Shown here piece by piece: positions 21,678-31,492 of a stretch of DNA of 64,000 nt (position 1 is the first letter of the stretch; each line of letters begins with the position of its first letter). The position numbers and the translations under genes are program-made. The notes beneath the pieces are model-generated. The model saw nothing but the letters and a program-made list of their open reading frames with translations, made no database searches and was not told where the DNA came from. The stretch is from Deltaproteobacteria bacterium (GTDB lineage Bacteria > Desulfobacterota > Desulfarculia > Adiutricales > Adiutricaceae). The stretch covers positions 240-64,239 of the forward strand of contig JAISYP010000100.1 in the NCBI GenBank assembly GCA_031269825.1, written 5' to 3'.

Positions 21678-23642
21678 ATGCTCAACTATATTCGAAAACG
21701 CTCCAGCGGAACTATCAGCTTTCTCATCATCGGGGCCATCGCCATTGTCTTTATTTTCTGGGGCATTGGGGGACAAGACACCGCCAACCAGACTTCCATC
21801 TTTTTGGATGGCTCGGCCGTGTCTTTAGCCACTTTCCGTTCCACCCAAAGAAATGTCCTGGAACGGATTCGCCAGGTCAACCCCAACCTGGGTCGAGAGG
21901 CGGAGACGTCCTCCTACCGTCAAGCCTTAAGACTGCTGATGGAAAGGCACGTTCTCCTGAAAATGGCCGCGCGCTATAACCTTAAAGTCTCTGACGCCGA
22001 GTTGAGCTTAGTGGTCAAAAACAACCCGGAGTTTCAGGAAAACGGCCGCTTTAGCCTGCCCGTTTACCAAGACACGGTGACCAGGCGCCTGGGCCAGACT
22101 TTAGCCAATTACGAAAACTCGGTTCGGGAGTCCATCCTGATTGACCGGGTAACCGAGCTTATTAAAGGTTTGGCTCACCCACCCCGGCCCCAGATCATTG
22201 AGGAGTTCCATTTCACTCGCGATCAAGTGGCCCTAAAATACGCGCAGTTTAAAAGCGACAACTTTCGGGCGGGCCTAGCCTCGACTGAGGAAAACCTGGT
22301 CACCCACTACGCCAATAACCAGGAAAAATATCGGCGGCCAACGGAAATAAAGATCCAATACGTGGAAGTCCCCACTGACCAGTACCTTGACCAGGTCGAG
22401 GTGACCCCGGCCGAGGTGGAAGAGGCTTACCATCTGTCTTTGGACGAGCTAACCACCAAAGAAAAAGCCCAGGTTAGCCACATTTTGGTTAGTTTCCCCA
22501 ACCCCAATAAACTTGACGCCGCCGATATCGCCGCCACCCGGGCCAAGGCCGAAGCCATCTTCGCCCGGGCCAAGACTGAGGACTTCGCGACCTTGGCCAA
22601 AGAAACCAGTCAAGACGAGGCCACGGCCGAGCTGGGCGGGGATCTCGAATGGATTGAGCGCGGCCTGGCTTTCCCAGCCTTTGACCAGGCCATCTTCTTG
22701 GAGGGGGTCAATAAACTAAATCAACCTTTAGGGCCCATCCAATCGCCCATGGGTTTCCATATTTTGTTAGTTCGCGCCTTTACCCCCGCCTCGACGAAAA
22801 CTTTGGCCGAGGTGGAACCGGAGTTAACCGAGCGCGTGAAAAATCGAAAGGCTCGCGCTTTAGCCGCTAACAAAATTGAGGAACTGGAAAAATCCTCCCG
22901 TAACCTGGAAAACATGATTGAGTCGGCCAAAAGCTTAAATCTGCAAGTCCAAGCGACGGAGTTTTTTAATCCCTTGGATGGGGCTCCCTACTTTCTGTCC
23001 GCCCGCGAAGAGGATCTCCAAAGAGCTTTCCGGCAAGACGTTGGCCAATTAGGTTTCCCGATCACTACCCCAACTAGTTACGTTCTCTACGGGATAACCG
23101 ATAAAAAAGCCTCCTTCATTCCGCCTCTATCCGATCCGGACACTCGGGCCCAAGTCGATATTGATTGGTTAACGGCCCAGGCCTTACAAAAGTCCCTGGA
23201 AGCCACGCTCCTTTTTCTGGAAAAAGCCCAGAGCCAGGGCTGGGAGCCAGCTCTGGCCACGGTTCCAGAATTTGTGGAAAAAGGACAATCCCCCCTGTTC
23301 CAACGCTTAAACCCCTATCAAGCGGGCGCGCCTTTCACCTACGCGGATCTGGAATCTTTATTAAAAGCTTATCCCACCTTGGCGCGACCAGGCCAAGTCT
23401 GTCCCACGCCCATTCCCGTGATCAGTCCCACGCCCCAGGGTTTTATCGGTCTGAGCCTGGCCCAGGTGGAACCGGCCGATGAGAAAGACCTCGACCAACC
23501 AACCGTTTTTACCGCGGATCCCATTCGGCAAAGAATCCGGGAATCCTTTTATTCTTATTGGTTAGAAAAGGCCCTCCAGGACGTGGAAACGCGAATTCCC
23601 GACGAGCTCCAGGCCCTTATTATTGGCGACCAGGCCAGTTGA
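21678..23642 (+). CDS. ppiD: Periplasmic chaperone PpiD-like (SurA_N plus parvulin PPIase domain)
   Basis: It has an N-terminal anchor MLNYIRKRSSGTISFLIIGAIAIVFIFWG and a parvulin region (SHILV...GGDLEWIERG...GFHILLV). Confidence 0.8.
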   Translation: MLNYIRKRSSGTISFLIIGAIAIVFIFWGIGGQDTANQTSIFLDGSAVSLATFRSTQRNVLERIRQVNPNLGREAETSSYRQALRLLMERHVLLKMAARYNLKVSDAELSLVVKNNPEFQENGRFSLPVYQDTVTRRLGQTLANYENSVRESILIDRVTELIKGLAHPPRPQIIEEFHFTRDQVALKYAQFKSDNFRAGLASTEENLVTHYANNQEKYRRPTEIKIQYVEVPTDQYLDQVEVTPAEVEEAYHLSLDELTTKEKAQVSHILVSFPNPNKLDAADIAATRAKAEAIFARAKTEDFATLAKETSQDEATAELGGDLEWIERGLAFPAFDQAIFLEGVNKLNQPLGPIQSPMGFHILLVRAFTPASTKTLAEVEPELTERVKNRKARALAANKIEELEKSSRNLENMIESAKSLNLQVQATEFFNPLDGAPYFLSAREEDLQRAFRQDVGQLGFPITTPTSYVLYGITDKKASFIPPLSDPDTRAQVDIDWLTAQALQKSLEATLLFLEKAQSQGWEPALATVPEFVEKGQSPLFQRLNPYQAGAPFTYADLESLLKAYPTLARPGQVCPTPIPVISPTPQGFIGLSLAQVEPADEKDLDQPTVFTADPIRQRIRESFYSYWLEKALQDVETRIPDELQALIIGDQAS

Positions 23643-23691
23643 GAGTCTTTAGGTTAATGTCTCACGCCACCCCTGGTCTTAAGGACACCCC

Positions 23692-25035
23692 ATGTTTGAG
23701 CGATTGACGGACAAACTCAACGAAGTCTTTAAAAAAATCACCGGCCAAAGCGTCCTGAGCGAGAAAAACATCGCCGAGGCCATGAAAGAGGTGCGTCTGG
23801 CTTTATTGGAGGCCGACGTCAACTATAAGGTAGTCAAAGAATTTTTGATGACCGTCACCCATAAGGCCATGGGGATCTCGGTTCTCAAAAGCCTGACCCC
23901 AGGTCAGCAAGTTATTAAGTTGGTCAATGAGGAACTGATCCAGATTATGGGCGGGGCTTTCCAAAACCTGGAATTCTCTGGCCGCCCGCCCCACGTCATC
24001 ATGCTGGTGGGGTTGCAAGGTTCCGGCAAAACCACCACGGCCGCTAAATTGGCCTCTTATTTATTAAAGAAAGGCCGTCAGCCTTACCTCACCCCGGCTG
24101 ACGTCACTAGACCCGCGGCCATCACCCAGCTCACCCGCCTAGCCGAGGAGATCCAAGTCCCTTATTACCCCTCCATCGCTGGCCAAAAACCGACGGATAT
24201 CGCTAAACTCAGCCTAGCCGCCGCTAGTAGCCAAGGACGAGACGTGGTCATCCTCGACACGGCTGGCCGGTTGTCGATTGACCAAGAATTGATGGAAGAG
24301 CTGATTCAGATTCGGGACGCTACCAGTTGCCAAGAGATTTTACTCGTGGCCGATGGCATGACTGGTCAAGAGGCGGTGCGCATCGCCGTGGATTTTGATC
24401 AAGCTTTAAATCTGTCCGGGGTGATTTTAACCAAGATGGAAGGCGACGCCCGCGGTGGGGCGGCCTTGTCCATCCGGGCCGTCACCAAAAAACCTTTGAA
24501 ATTTATCGGCGTGGGCGAGAAAATATCGGCCTTTGAGCCTTTCCATCCCGAACGCGCGGCTTCTTTGATCCTGGGCATGGGAGACATTCTAAGCTTGATC
24601 GAAAAAGCCCAGGAAGTGATTGACCAAGAAGAGTCCGAACGTTTATTGGGCTTGCTGGCCAAAGGCGAGTTCACCCTAGATGATTTCCGCAAACAAATGG
24701 GCTCATTGCGCAAAATTGGAACTGTGGAGTCTCTATTGAACATGATCCCGGGGATGGGGAAACTAAAAAAATTAAGAGAAGCCACGCCCAACATTGATGA
24801 GCTCAAACGCGTCGAGGCCATCATCGACTCCATGACCAGCCAAGAGCGCTTCAACCATGAGATAATTGACGCCAGCCGGCGTCGGCGAATCGCCAAAGGC
24901 AGTGGCACGTCGATCGCCGAAATCAACCAACTGTTGCGCAATTTTACCGAAATTCGGAAGATAATGTGCCAGTTTGGGAAAAAAGGCAACCTCCAACAAG
25001 GGATTAACGAGTTAATGCGCCGTATCTCGGGTTGA
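23692..25035 (+). CDS. ffh: Signal recognition particle protein Ffh
   Basis: It starts MFERLTDKLNEVFKKITG and has GLQGSGKTTT, DTAGR and a methionine-rich M domain. Confidence 0.97.
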   Translation: MFERLTDKLNEVFKKITGQSVLSEKNIAEAMKEVRLALLEADVNYKVVKEFLMTVTHKAMGISVLKSLTPGQQVIKLVNEELIQIMGGAFQNLEFSGRPPHVIMLVGLQGSGKTTTAAKLASYLLKKGRQPYLTPADVTRPAAITQLTRLAEEIQVPYYPSIAGQKPTDIAKLSLAAASSQGRDVVILDTAGRLSIDQELMEELIQIRDATSCQEILLVADGMTGQEAVRIAVDFDQALNLSGVILTKMEGDARGGAALSIRAVTKKPLKFIGVGEKISAFEPFHPERAASLILGMGDILSLIEKAQEVIDQEESERLLGLLAKGEFTLDDFRKQMGSLRKIGTVESLLNMIPGMGKLKKLREATPNIDELKRVEAIIDSMTSQERFNHEIIDASRRRRIAKGSGTSIAEINQLLRNFTEIRKIMCQFGKKGNLQQGINELMRRISG

Positions 25036-25244
25036 CGCTTTAACGCGGTGGCTCTAACTTTAAAGACCACGACCTTAAGACTAGCTACCCTTCAGGCGAC
25101 GCGTCAGCCCACTATTGAGCGCCTACAATTGAGGTCGATATTTAATATGTTCACCCTGGCCATCCAGGCTCACTTTGACCATCTATTGACCATTATGGCC
25201 ACTTTGACCAAGGGGCGCGCGCCCCATTTTAGGAGACAACCACT

Positions 25245-25499
25245 ATGGCTTTAAAAGTCCGACTGGCCCGCCTTGGCGCCAAGAAAAAACCCTACTACCG
25301 CCTGGTAGTGGCTGACAGCGAGGCCAAGCGCGATGGCCGGTTTTTGGCTATCGTGGGATTTTACGATCCCAACCGTAACCCAGCTTACTTGGAACTGAAA
25401 AAGGAACTTCTGGATTCCTGGCTGTCCAAGGGAGCCAAACCCACGGAAACGGTGGCCAGCTTATTGAAGGCCCAAGCCAAGGCCAACCCTGGCGCTTAA
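25245..25499 (+). CDS. rpsP: 30S ribosomal protein S16
   Basis: The ORF starts MALKVRLARLGAKKKPYYRLVVADSEAKRDGRF. Confidence 0.95.
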   Translation: MALKVRLARLGAKKKPYYRLVVADSEAKRDGRFLAIVGFYDPNRNPAYLELKKELLDSWLSKGAKPTETVASLLKAQAKANPGA

Positions 25500-25513
25500 G
25501 ACGCGTTAAGGCC

Positions 25514-25762
25514 ATGTTGGAGCTAGTCCGTTTTTTGGCCATCTCTTTAAGCTCTTTTCCCGATGAAGTGAAAGTTACCGAGTTAGAGTCTGAGCCTGGC
25601 CATAAAGTGATCCAGCTGAAAGTACACCCCGCGGATCTCTGCGGGGTCATTGGCAAAAATGGTCGAACCATCAGGGCCATTCGCGTCCTGATGGCGGTGG
25701 CGGCCGCTAAACAAGGCTTAAGCTATCTGCTTAAGGTGGACACGGATCTTGAACTCGCCTGA
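25514..25762 (+). CDS. KH-domain RNA-binding protein (UPF0109 family)
   Basis: It has a GVIGKNGRTIRAIR motif and sits in the conserved position between rpsP and rimM. Confidence 0.85.
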   Translation: MLELVRFLAISLSSFPDEVKVTELESEPGHKVIQLKVHPADLCGVIGKNGRTIRAIRVLMAVAAAKQGLSYLLKVDTDLELA

Positions 25763-26303
25763 GCCCATCGATCCCGGGGATCAACTGATTCCCTTAGCCC
25801 GCGTTATCCGGGCCCACGGTGTCCATGGGGCGGCGCTGGCCCGAGTCTATAACCCAGACAACCCCCTGGGCCTCTTGGCCAGTCCCAGGGTTTGGCTCAT
25901 CCCGCCCACGGGAACGCCTCAGCCAGTGAGCCTTTCCGGGAAACTGGCCCCTTATGGGTTGATCCTGAAGATTAAAAACGTCACCACCCGAGCCGCCGCC
26001 GAGAGCCTGAAAAACCACGAATTGGCCATCGCCCGGCGTCATCTGGCGCCCCTAGAGGCGGACGAGTATTACCACTTTGATCTGTTAAACCTAGAGGCTT
26101 TTTTGGATAATGGCCAACGTTTAGGCCGCGTGGTGGATCTTTTACCCACCGCCGCGAGCTTGGTTTTAGTCATCCGCGATGAAAACGGGTGGGAAAATCT
26201 GGCCCCTTTCACCGAGGAAACCATCCCGGAAGTGGATCTGGTGGCCGGTCGGCTCGTGGTGGTCGATTGTCCTGGTCTCCTCCAGCCCCGCCCCACCTCA
26301 TGA
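25749..26303 (+). CDS. rimM: 16S rRNA processing protein RimM
   Basis: The call rests on position in the rpsP operon, a PRC-barrel-like C-terminus and a TTG start. The stop overlaps the trmD ATG. Confidence 0.85.
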   Translation: MNSPEPIDPGDQLIPLARVIRAHGVHGAALARVYNPDNPLGLLASPRVWLIPPTGTPQPVSLSGKLAPYGLILKIKNVTTRAAAESLKNHELAIARRHLAPLEADEYYHFDLLNLEAFLDNGQRLGRVVDLLPTAASLVLVIRDENGWENLAPFTEETIPEVDLVAGRLVVVDCPGLLQPRPTS

Positions 26304-27388
26304 TCTTCGATGTTTTAACTATTTTTCCCGGCCTATTCGCTTCGTTTTTGGCCGAGTCCTTGTTAGCCAAAGCTCTGGCCAAAGGGCTATTGACCGTTAA
26401 CCTCATTGACTTACGCGACTTCACTAGCGATCCCCATCGCACCGTGGATGACCGCCCCTATGGTGGTGGCCCGGGCATGGTCATGAAACCGGAGCCTTTG
26501 GCCTTAGCCTTGGAATCGCGTTTAAAGGCTAGCCAGGAACCCGCCCGGGTTATTTATCTAACCCCCGCCGGTCATACTCTAACCCAAAAAAAACTGCGCC
26601 AGCTGGCCACCTTACCCAAGATCGCCTTAGTCTGCGGTCGTTACGAAGGGATGGATCAAAGGTTTTTAGATCTAATGGTTGATGAGGAACTTTCCATTGG
26701 CGATTACGTGCTCAATGGCGGGGAAGTCCCGGCCATGGTGGTGATTGAGGCCGTGGCCCGGTTATTGCCAGGCTTTTTGGGCCAAGGCGAGTCCCTCATT
26801 GAGGAGAGCCACAGTCACGGTCTATTGGAGCATCCCCATTATACCCGGCCCCCGGTATTTCGGGGTTTAGCCGTTCCCCAAATTCTCTTGTCCGGCCACC
26901 ACGCCCAGGTAGCCGCTTACCGCCTAGGCGAATCTATGGCCAAAACTCGGCGCGTCCGGCCCGATCTGTTGGCGCGGCCAGAGTTAGAAGCCGAGACCGT
27001 GGCCGTCTTAGGCCGTCCTGGCGCGCCTTTAGCGGATCACAAGGCCCCCCAAAAGGAGCTGAGAGCGCTCATGAAAACCGTGGAATTTAATGGCTCCACC
27101 TACCCCGTGGACGACGAGGGCTTTTTATTGGACGCGGAACTTTGGGATCCCAACTGGGTGGAGATGATCCGCGTCAACGAGGATATTGACGAGATCACCG
27201 ACGACCACCAAGAACTGATGCGCCTGTTGCGAGCTCATCATCAAGAGCGAGGCCTCCCGCCCCGGGTCAGGGACATGACCATGGTGACCGGTTTTAAGCT
27301 GAAATTTATTTACGAGCTATTCCCGTCTGGCCCGGGCAAGGGGGCTTGTAAGATGGCCGGTTTACCCAAACCCGAAGGTTGCGCTTAA
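26300..27388 (+). CDS. trmD: tRNA (guanine37-N1)-methyltransferase TrmD; the ORF has no stop codon and continues in frame through a linker of about 25 aa into a DsrC domain
   Basis: TrmD motifs are MIFDVLTIFPGLF, DDRPYGGGPGMVM, CGRYEGMDQR and LSIGDYVLNGGE. I read codons 26942-27073 directly and found no stop before ATG 27071. Confidence 0.85.
   Translation: MIFDVLTIFPGLFASFLAESLLAKALAKGLLTVNLIDLRDFTSDPHRTVDDRPYGGGPGMVMKPEPLALALESRLKASQEPARVIYLTPAGHTLTQKKLRQLATLPKIALVCGRYEGMDQRFLDLMVDEELSIGDYVLNGGEVPAMVVIEAVARLLPGFLGQGESLIEESHSHGLLEHPHYTRPPVFRGLAVPQILLSGHHAQVAAYRLGESMAKTRRVRPDLLARPELEAETVAVLGRPGAPLADHKAPQKELRALMKTVEFNGSTYPVDDEGFLLDAELWDPNWVEMIRVNEDIDEITDDHQELMRLLRAHHQERGLPPRVRDMTMVTGFKLKFIYELFPSGPGKGACKMAGLPKPEGCA
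27071..27388 (+). CDS. dsrC: DsrC-type sulfur carrier (DsrC/TusE family) with both conserved C-terminal cysteines
   Basis: The 105-aa unit is MKTVEFNGSTYPVDDEGFLLD...HQELMRLLRAHHQERGLPP...GACKMAGLPKPEGCA, with the two Cys 11 residues apart and the penultimate residue Cys. AAGGAG at 27052-27057 could allow independent initiation. Confidence 0.85.
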   Translation: MKTVEFNGSTYPVDDEGFLLDAELWDPNWVEMIRVNEDIDEITDDHQELMRLLRAHHQERGLPPRVRDMTMVTGFKLKFIYELFPSGPGKGACKMAGLPKPEGCA

Positions 27389-27897
27389 TATATTACCTAT
27401 TAATAAGTAGCTTAAACATTTTTTACTTTTTTAGTAAAAAATTTTAGTAACAAAATTAGCTAGTTACCTAAAAAACGCGCTATTACTATAGTTTAAGCCA
27501 ACTACTCACTATTTTCCTCCCCTAATCGCCTTCGCTCCATAATCGCGCTACCCTGGCGATAAAATATTTACCCTTTGGCTTTTATCGATGAATTCGGTAA
27601 TCTCAATTTTCTTGATTCTTCTTGGTTTTTCCCACTTATTTAGATAAAATATGACTAAAAAACTAGTTATATATCAAATTAATGTTTTTTAACTTTCTAA
27701 ATTATTTATTTCAATCACTTTTACTTTTAATAATTTTTAAATTTATGATATATCAATTATAAGATTCAACATGTCACGTTTAAAAACCTACTGCCTTCTC
27801 GGCGACGACTAGATTGGGCCAAGCGATGAAATCGCTCTTAATTTTGGATAAATTCGTTCTTTAAAGTCGGGGGCGCCGCGAATTAAAAATTTAAACG

Positions 27898-27926
27898 TTG
27901 ACTTTTCTAAAGTAGTTTTCTATAAT
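27898..27926 (+). promoter_or_regulatory. Near-consensus sigma-70 promoter (TTGACT, 17-nt spacer, TATAAT)
   Basis: This was read directly from the sequence. It lies about 190 bp upstream of ATG 28115, which has an AAGGAG Shine-Dalgarno at 28099-28104. Confidence 0.5.
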
Positions 27927-28114
27927 TCCCATTTATAGGCGATTGACCAAAAAGCCTTGTTTTTAATTAAGCTTGATGGGTAAATTACAATCATTACTAG
28001 GTAAATATAACTCGACCAACCCCCTAAGTTTTGGGGCTTTTATCTGACCTAAAGGAATTAAAACAGACTATTTTTAGTTTTTTTCTTATTTATTAGACAA
28101 GGAGTTAATTATTC

Positions 28115-30397
28115 ATGCCATCTTGGCCACATCTTTGGCCCCGGGATTTGGCCCGATTCGGCCGACAATTCAAAAAGGCCTTGTCCAGGTTTTTGCCTGA
28201 CTATGAATTCCAAGTTGGGCCCACCCCTGAGCCAGATTCCGATCTGGCCGCCCCTTTGGCTTACCTGAGCCAACCATTAGGTTACGTCTCGGTCAGCCTC
28301 AAACCTGGCCGCCAACCCGCCCCGCCAGAAGTTTTGGCCTTGTGGCCAAGCGTGGCCGACTCGGCCTTGGAAAACTTGGCCCTGCGCAAAGCCCTCCAAA
28401 AAGATCCCGAAAGCGGCCTTTACAACCGTCGCTATTTCCTGCGCCAATTAAAAAAAATCCTCCGCGATCGCCACCACTCGCCCCTGGAGCCCAATCAGGG
28501 CCTAACTCGGGAAGTTCAGGAGCCTTCAACCCTTTTGGTGGCTATCGTGTCTTTGGGGCGAGGTCAAGCCGTTTTCAATCGACGCGCGGCCAAAGTCCTC
28601 TCCACGCGGTCAGTTCAGTGTCTAGCCCGTTTGGATCAGGACAAACTGGGTCTCCTTTTATGGGCTGATCCCGAGGCGGGACGCCTCTTTTTGGACAATT
28701 TCCGACAAAATATCCTCCAAAATCTACCCGATTTTCCCCCCACCATCGGTTACGCCCTCTGGCCCCAGGATCTAGCCTTCAATCCCCCAGGAACCGAAGC
28801 CCTAGATCTGTTAATGGAACGGGCCAAAACGGCCTTGTTTTTCGCCTCCGGGGCCCAGTCCCCCTCCCCCATCATCGGTTTCGGGGAAATGGTGGAAAAA
28901 TATGGCCATCTGACCCAGATCCTGCCCCAGGATCGGGTAGTGGTCAACCTGGGCCGAGCCATGGGAGCGCGAGCCGGGCAAGTTTTCGCGGTGAAGAGTC
29001 GAGACGGGCGACCCAAAGGCGAGATATCCCTTTTTGAGACCTCGGAAAATTACGCCTTAGCCAACGTGACCTCAGGCGGCCCCAACCAATTGTCTTCTGG
29101 GGATTTACTCACCTTTTCTCGTTTCGACGCCCCCCCCGAAGGCGGGCTAACTAGTCAAAACCCCAACCTCGACCAAGGCCAAAAACGACACTTTCTGGAA
29201 ACTTTAACGAGGCTGGCCAACGCTGGCGGCGACTTAACCACGGCCCTGATCGCCATTGACGATTGGGAAAAGATGGAAACCTTGGCTGGCCCCGAAGAAC
29301 TGGCCAAAAGACTCACCCGGCTCCAGACAGCGGCGGAACAGGCCCACCCTTGCGAAATGGCCACGCCCTGGGACAGTGGGACTTTAGCCGTGGTCTGGGC
29401 CTTGTCCGCGTCAGATCTACCCGCTGTTACCGAAAAGTTGCGCGCGAAACTGGATTTTCCCGTCTCCCTGGGCCTAGCTCCTTGGCCTTGCCCAGTCATT
29501 AAACCGGACGGGCTTCTCACCGCGGCTCGTCAAGCTCTATTGGAAGCCTCCATGACCGGTTCCGCCCAGACCATTATGTTTGGGCCCCAATGCCTAAACA
29601 TCGCCGGGGATCATTTATTTGAGGCGGGCGATTTAGTCGGGGCCATGGAAGAGTACCGGCGAGGTCTAATTTTAGAGCCTGGGCGTTTAAATTTATTGAA
29701 CAGTCTAGGCGTCTGCCAAGCCAAACTAGGCGATCATCGGACGGCTATTTTAACCTTTGACCAAGTCCTAGCTAAAGATCCAGACAACCTTATGGCTTTG
29801 TTTAACAAGGGTTGCTCTTTGATCCTGGAGGGTCGTTTGGAAGAGGCGGCCAATACCTTGGCTCTGGCCGTCGCCCTCCCCTCGCCCGGTTTCGAGCCCC
29901 TTTATCAATACGGGCGCCTATCCTTAGAACTGGGCCAGATCGAGCGAGCCTTGCCTATCCTGCGTCAGGCCGCTTCGCTGAAGGAACGTCGGGGCGTGGT
30001 CTACCGCCAATTGGGCCAGGCCGAACTATTGACCGGAAATAGCCATTTGGCCATGGAAGCTTTCAAAAAGGCCGTCAAGCACGATCCCGATGACGCCAGA
30101 AGTCTTTCCTCATTAGGCGTTTTATTTCTGGAAAACGCCAATGACCGGGACGTGGCCGTGTCGCTATTTCAAAGAAGCGTGGAAATCGAGCCCACCAACA
30201 GCCTATTTCGTCAACGCTTAGGCAAGCTCCTGTTTGACCGGGGTGACTTTTCTGGGGCCGAGCGTCATCTCCGAGCGGCCGTGGAATACGGATGTCTCGC
30301 GCCCGATATCCATCGCCGACTGGAAAAGGTCAAGACCCAGGATGAAAACGCTTTAGAGACCTTGGAATCGGATCAAATATCCAACAAAAGGGCTTAA
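28115..30397 (+). CDS. Multidomain signalling-type protein with two degenerate GGDEF-like domains and C-terminal TPR repeats
   Basis: SGLYNRRYFLRQL is typical of a GGDEF domain start. The GG(D/E)EF position reads ARLDQDKLGLLL. A second GGDEF-like module has WDSGTLAVVW in that position. The C-terminal portion, roughly the last 260 aa, shows TPR-like repeats. Confidence 0.6.
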   Translation: MPSWPHLWPRDLARFGRQFKKALSRFLPDYEFQVGPTPEPDSDLAAPLAYLSQPLGYVSVSLKPGRQPAPPEVLALWPSVADSALENLALRKALQKDPESGLYNRRYFLRQLKKILRDRHHSPLEPNQGLTREVQEPSTLLVAIVSLGRGQAVFNRRAAKVLSTRSVQCLARLDQDKLGLLLWADPEAGRLFLDNFRQNILQNLPDFPPTIGYALWPQDLAFNPPGTEALDLLMERAKTALFFASGAQSPSPIIGFGEMVEKYGHLTQILPQDRVVVNLGRAMGARAGQVFAVKSRDGRPKGEISLFETSENYALANVTSGGPNQLSSGDLLTFSRFDAPPEGGLTSQNPNLDQGQKRHFLETLTRLANAGGDLTTALIAIDDWEKMETLAGPEELAKRLTRLQTAAEQAHPCEMATPWDSGTLAVVWALSASDLPAVTEKLRAKLDFPVSLGLAPWPCPVIKPDGLLTAARQALLEASMTGSAQTIMFGPQCLNIAGDHLFEAGDLVGAMEEYRRGLILEPGRLNLLNSLGVCQAKLGDHRTAILTFDQVLAKDPDNLMALFNKGCSLILEGRLEEAANTLALAVALPSPGFEPLYQYGRLSLELGQIERALPILRQAASLKERRGVVYRQLGQAELLTGNSHLAMEAFKKAVKHDPDDARSLSSLGVLFLENANDRDVAVSLFQRSVEIEPTNSLFRQRLGKLLFDRGDFSGAERHLRAAVEYGCLAPDIHRRLEKVKTQDENALETLESDQISNKRA

Positions 30398-30534
30398 AAC
30401 CACAGACGACTAGCCGCCGCGCCGCCCTCATGGCGGCCGACGGCTTAAAAAAATAACTCTACCCCTCGTCAATTCCCTCAAACTAGCCCACGCCTTAGAG
30501 CTTAACGCTAAAAGACTCCTTCTTTCTTCCAACG

Positions 30535-30558
30535 ATGATGGCTTGGGGAAAACCCTAG
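30535..30558 (+). repeat. Solo copy of the MITE terminal repeat (TGATGGCTTGGGGAAAACCCTAG)
   Basis: It matches the 1373-1395 end at 22 of 23 positions. Its CCCTAG end supplies the TAG that opens the frame of the helicase fragment. Confidence 0.6.
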
Positions 30559-31492
30559 ATTAAGGAACAGGTCTACAACCTGGTCGCGGAGGATACCATT
30601 GAGGGCGCGATATTTCTACTTCTTGAGAAAAAATTAACTGAAATAGCTCAAATTTTAGGCAAATTAGACGAAAATGGCCAGATCGCGGAGGATCTCCACG
30701 ATCAGATTCTCGGCCAACTCAGTAACCATCTAAGTTACGACCGTCTTTATCAGAACGCGATCCTCGATCCAACTCTCATACAGACGCGTCAAAAGCTTGA
30801 AATCGCGATGACCAACGTCAGCCTCGCTCAAAAGGTGGTCTTCGAGCTTTTCCAGGATCTCGTTAAATTTAATCTGGGCGACTACAAGCGATTCGATGAC
30901 GAGGGAAGTGGCGCGCGGCGGCTTTTAGCCTTCGCCCAACGGGCGGCGCCGTCTAGATGACGGCGAATTAACCGCCACCGGCCAAGATCTGTATACTCTG
31001 AGGCGCCCAAAATTAGAGCCTGTCAAATTCACCACGGATCGGGATAAAACGAAAACTGGGCAAGATGAAAATTTAGCCCTCCTGGGCCTGGAACACCCGA
31101 TAGTCAAACATTGGCTTAATCTTTACGCCGCTATCAAACCTCAAGACCGAGGGCTGATCGGAAAATTTGAAGGCGCTAGCGACGCCACGGGCTTGATCAC
31201 CATTTGGCTCGTCGAGATCCAAGGTAAAGGTGGCCAGATCCAACAAAAGGTCGTCCGGTTAGGAATTTCGCCAAGCGGCCAGCGCTCGCCAGCCTTGGAA
31301 AGACTGTCTCTAGATCTTCTAAGCGCGCGCCCTTCTCAGACCCGCCACTTTCAGGATAAAGAACAAATTAGCTCTTTAATCAAGGTCGTGGCCCTGGAAC
31401 CGCTCCACCGTCATCTGAATTTTAAGGGCCACTTAAGCGACGACTCATCCTATTCAAGCCGATTGCTGGCCCGCCTTGAGATTAGCGGTTGA
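30559..31492 (+). pseudogene. N-terminally truncated, frameshifted SNF2-family helicase remnant (C-terminal part only)
   Basis: The first frame reads IKEQVYNLVAEDTIEGAIFLLLEKKL... (helicase motif VI region), running to a stop at about 30958. The reading then continues in another frame (DGELTATGQDLYTLRR...GLEHPIVKHW...ITIWLVEIQGKGG...) to TGA 31492. Confidence 0.65.

Noticed and set aside
25048-25254. 68-aa ORF between ffh and rpsP
   Set aside because: It has a GTG start, no ribosome-binding site and low-complexity sequence, and it overlaps the rpsP start. It is more likely the rpsP leader.
30418-30470. GC-rich hairpin (AGCCGCCGCGCCGCC-ctcat-GGCGGCCGACGGCT) after the GGDEF/TPR gene as its terminator
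   Set aside because: On the plus strand the hairpin is followed by TTAAAAAAA rather than a T-tract, so it does not fit a canonical intrinsic terminator for the plus-strand gene.
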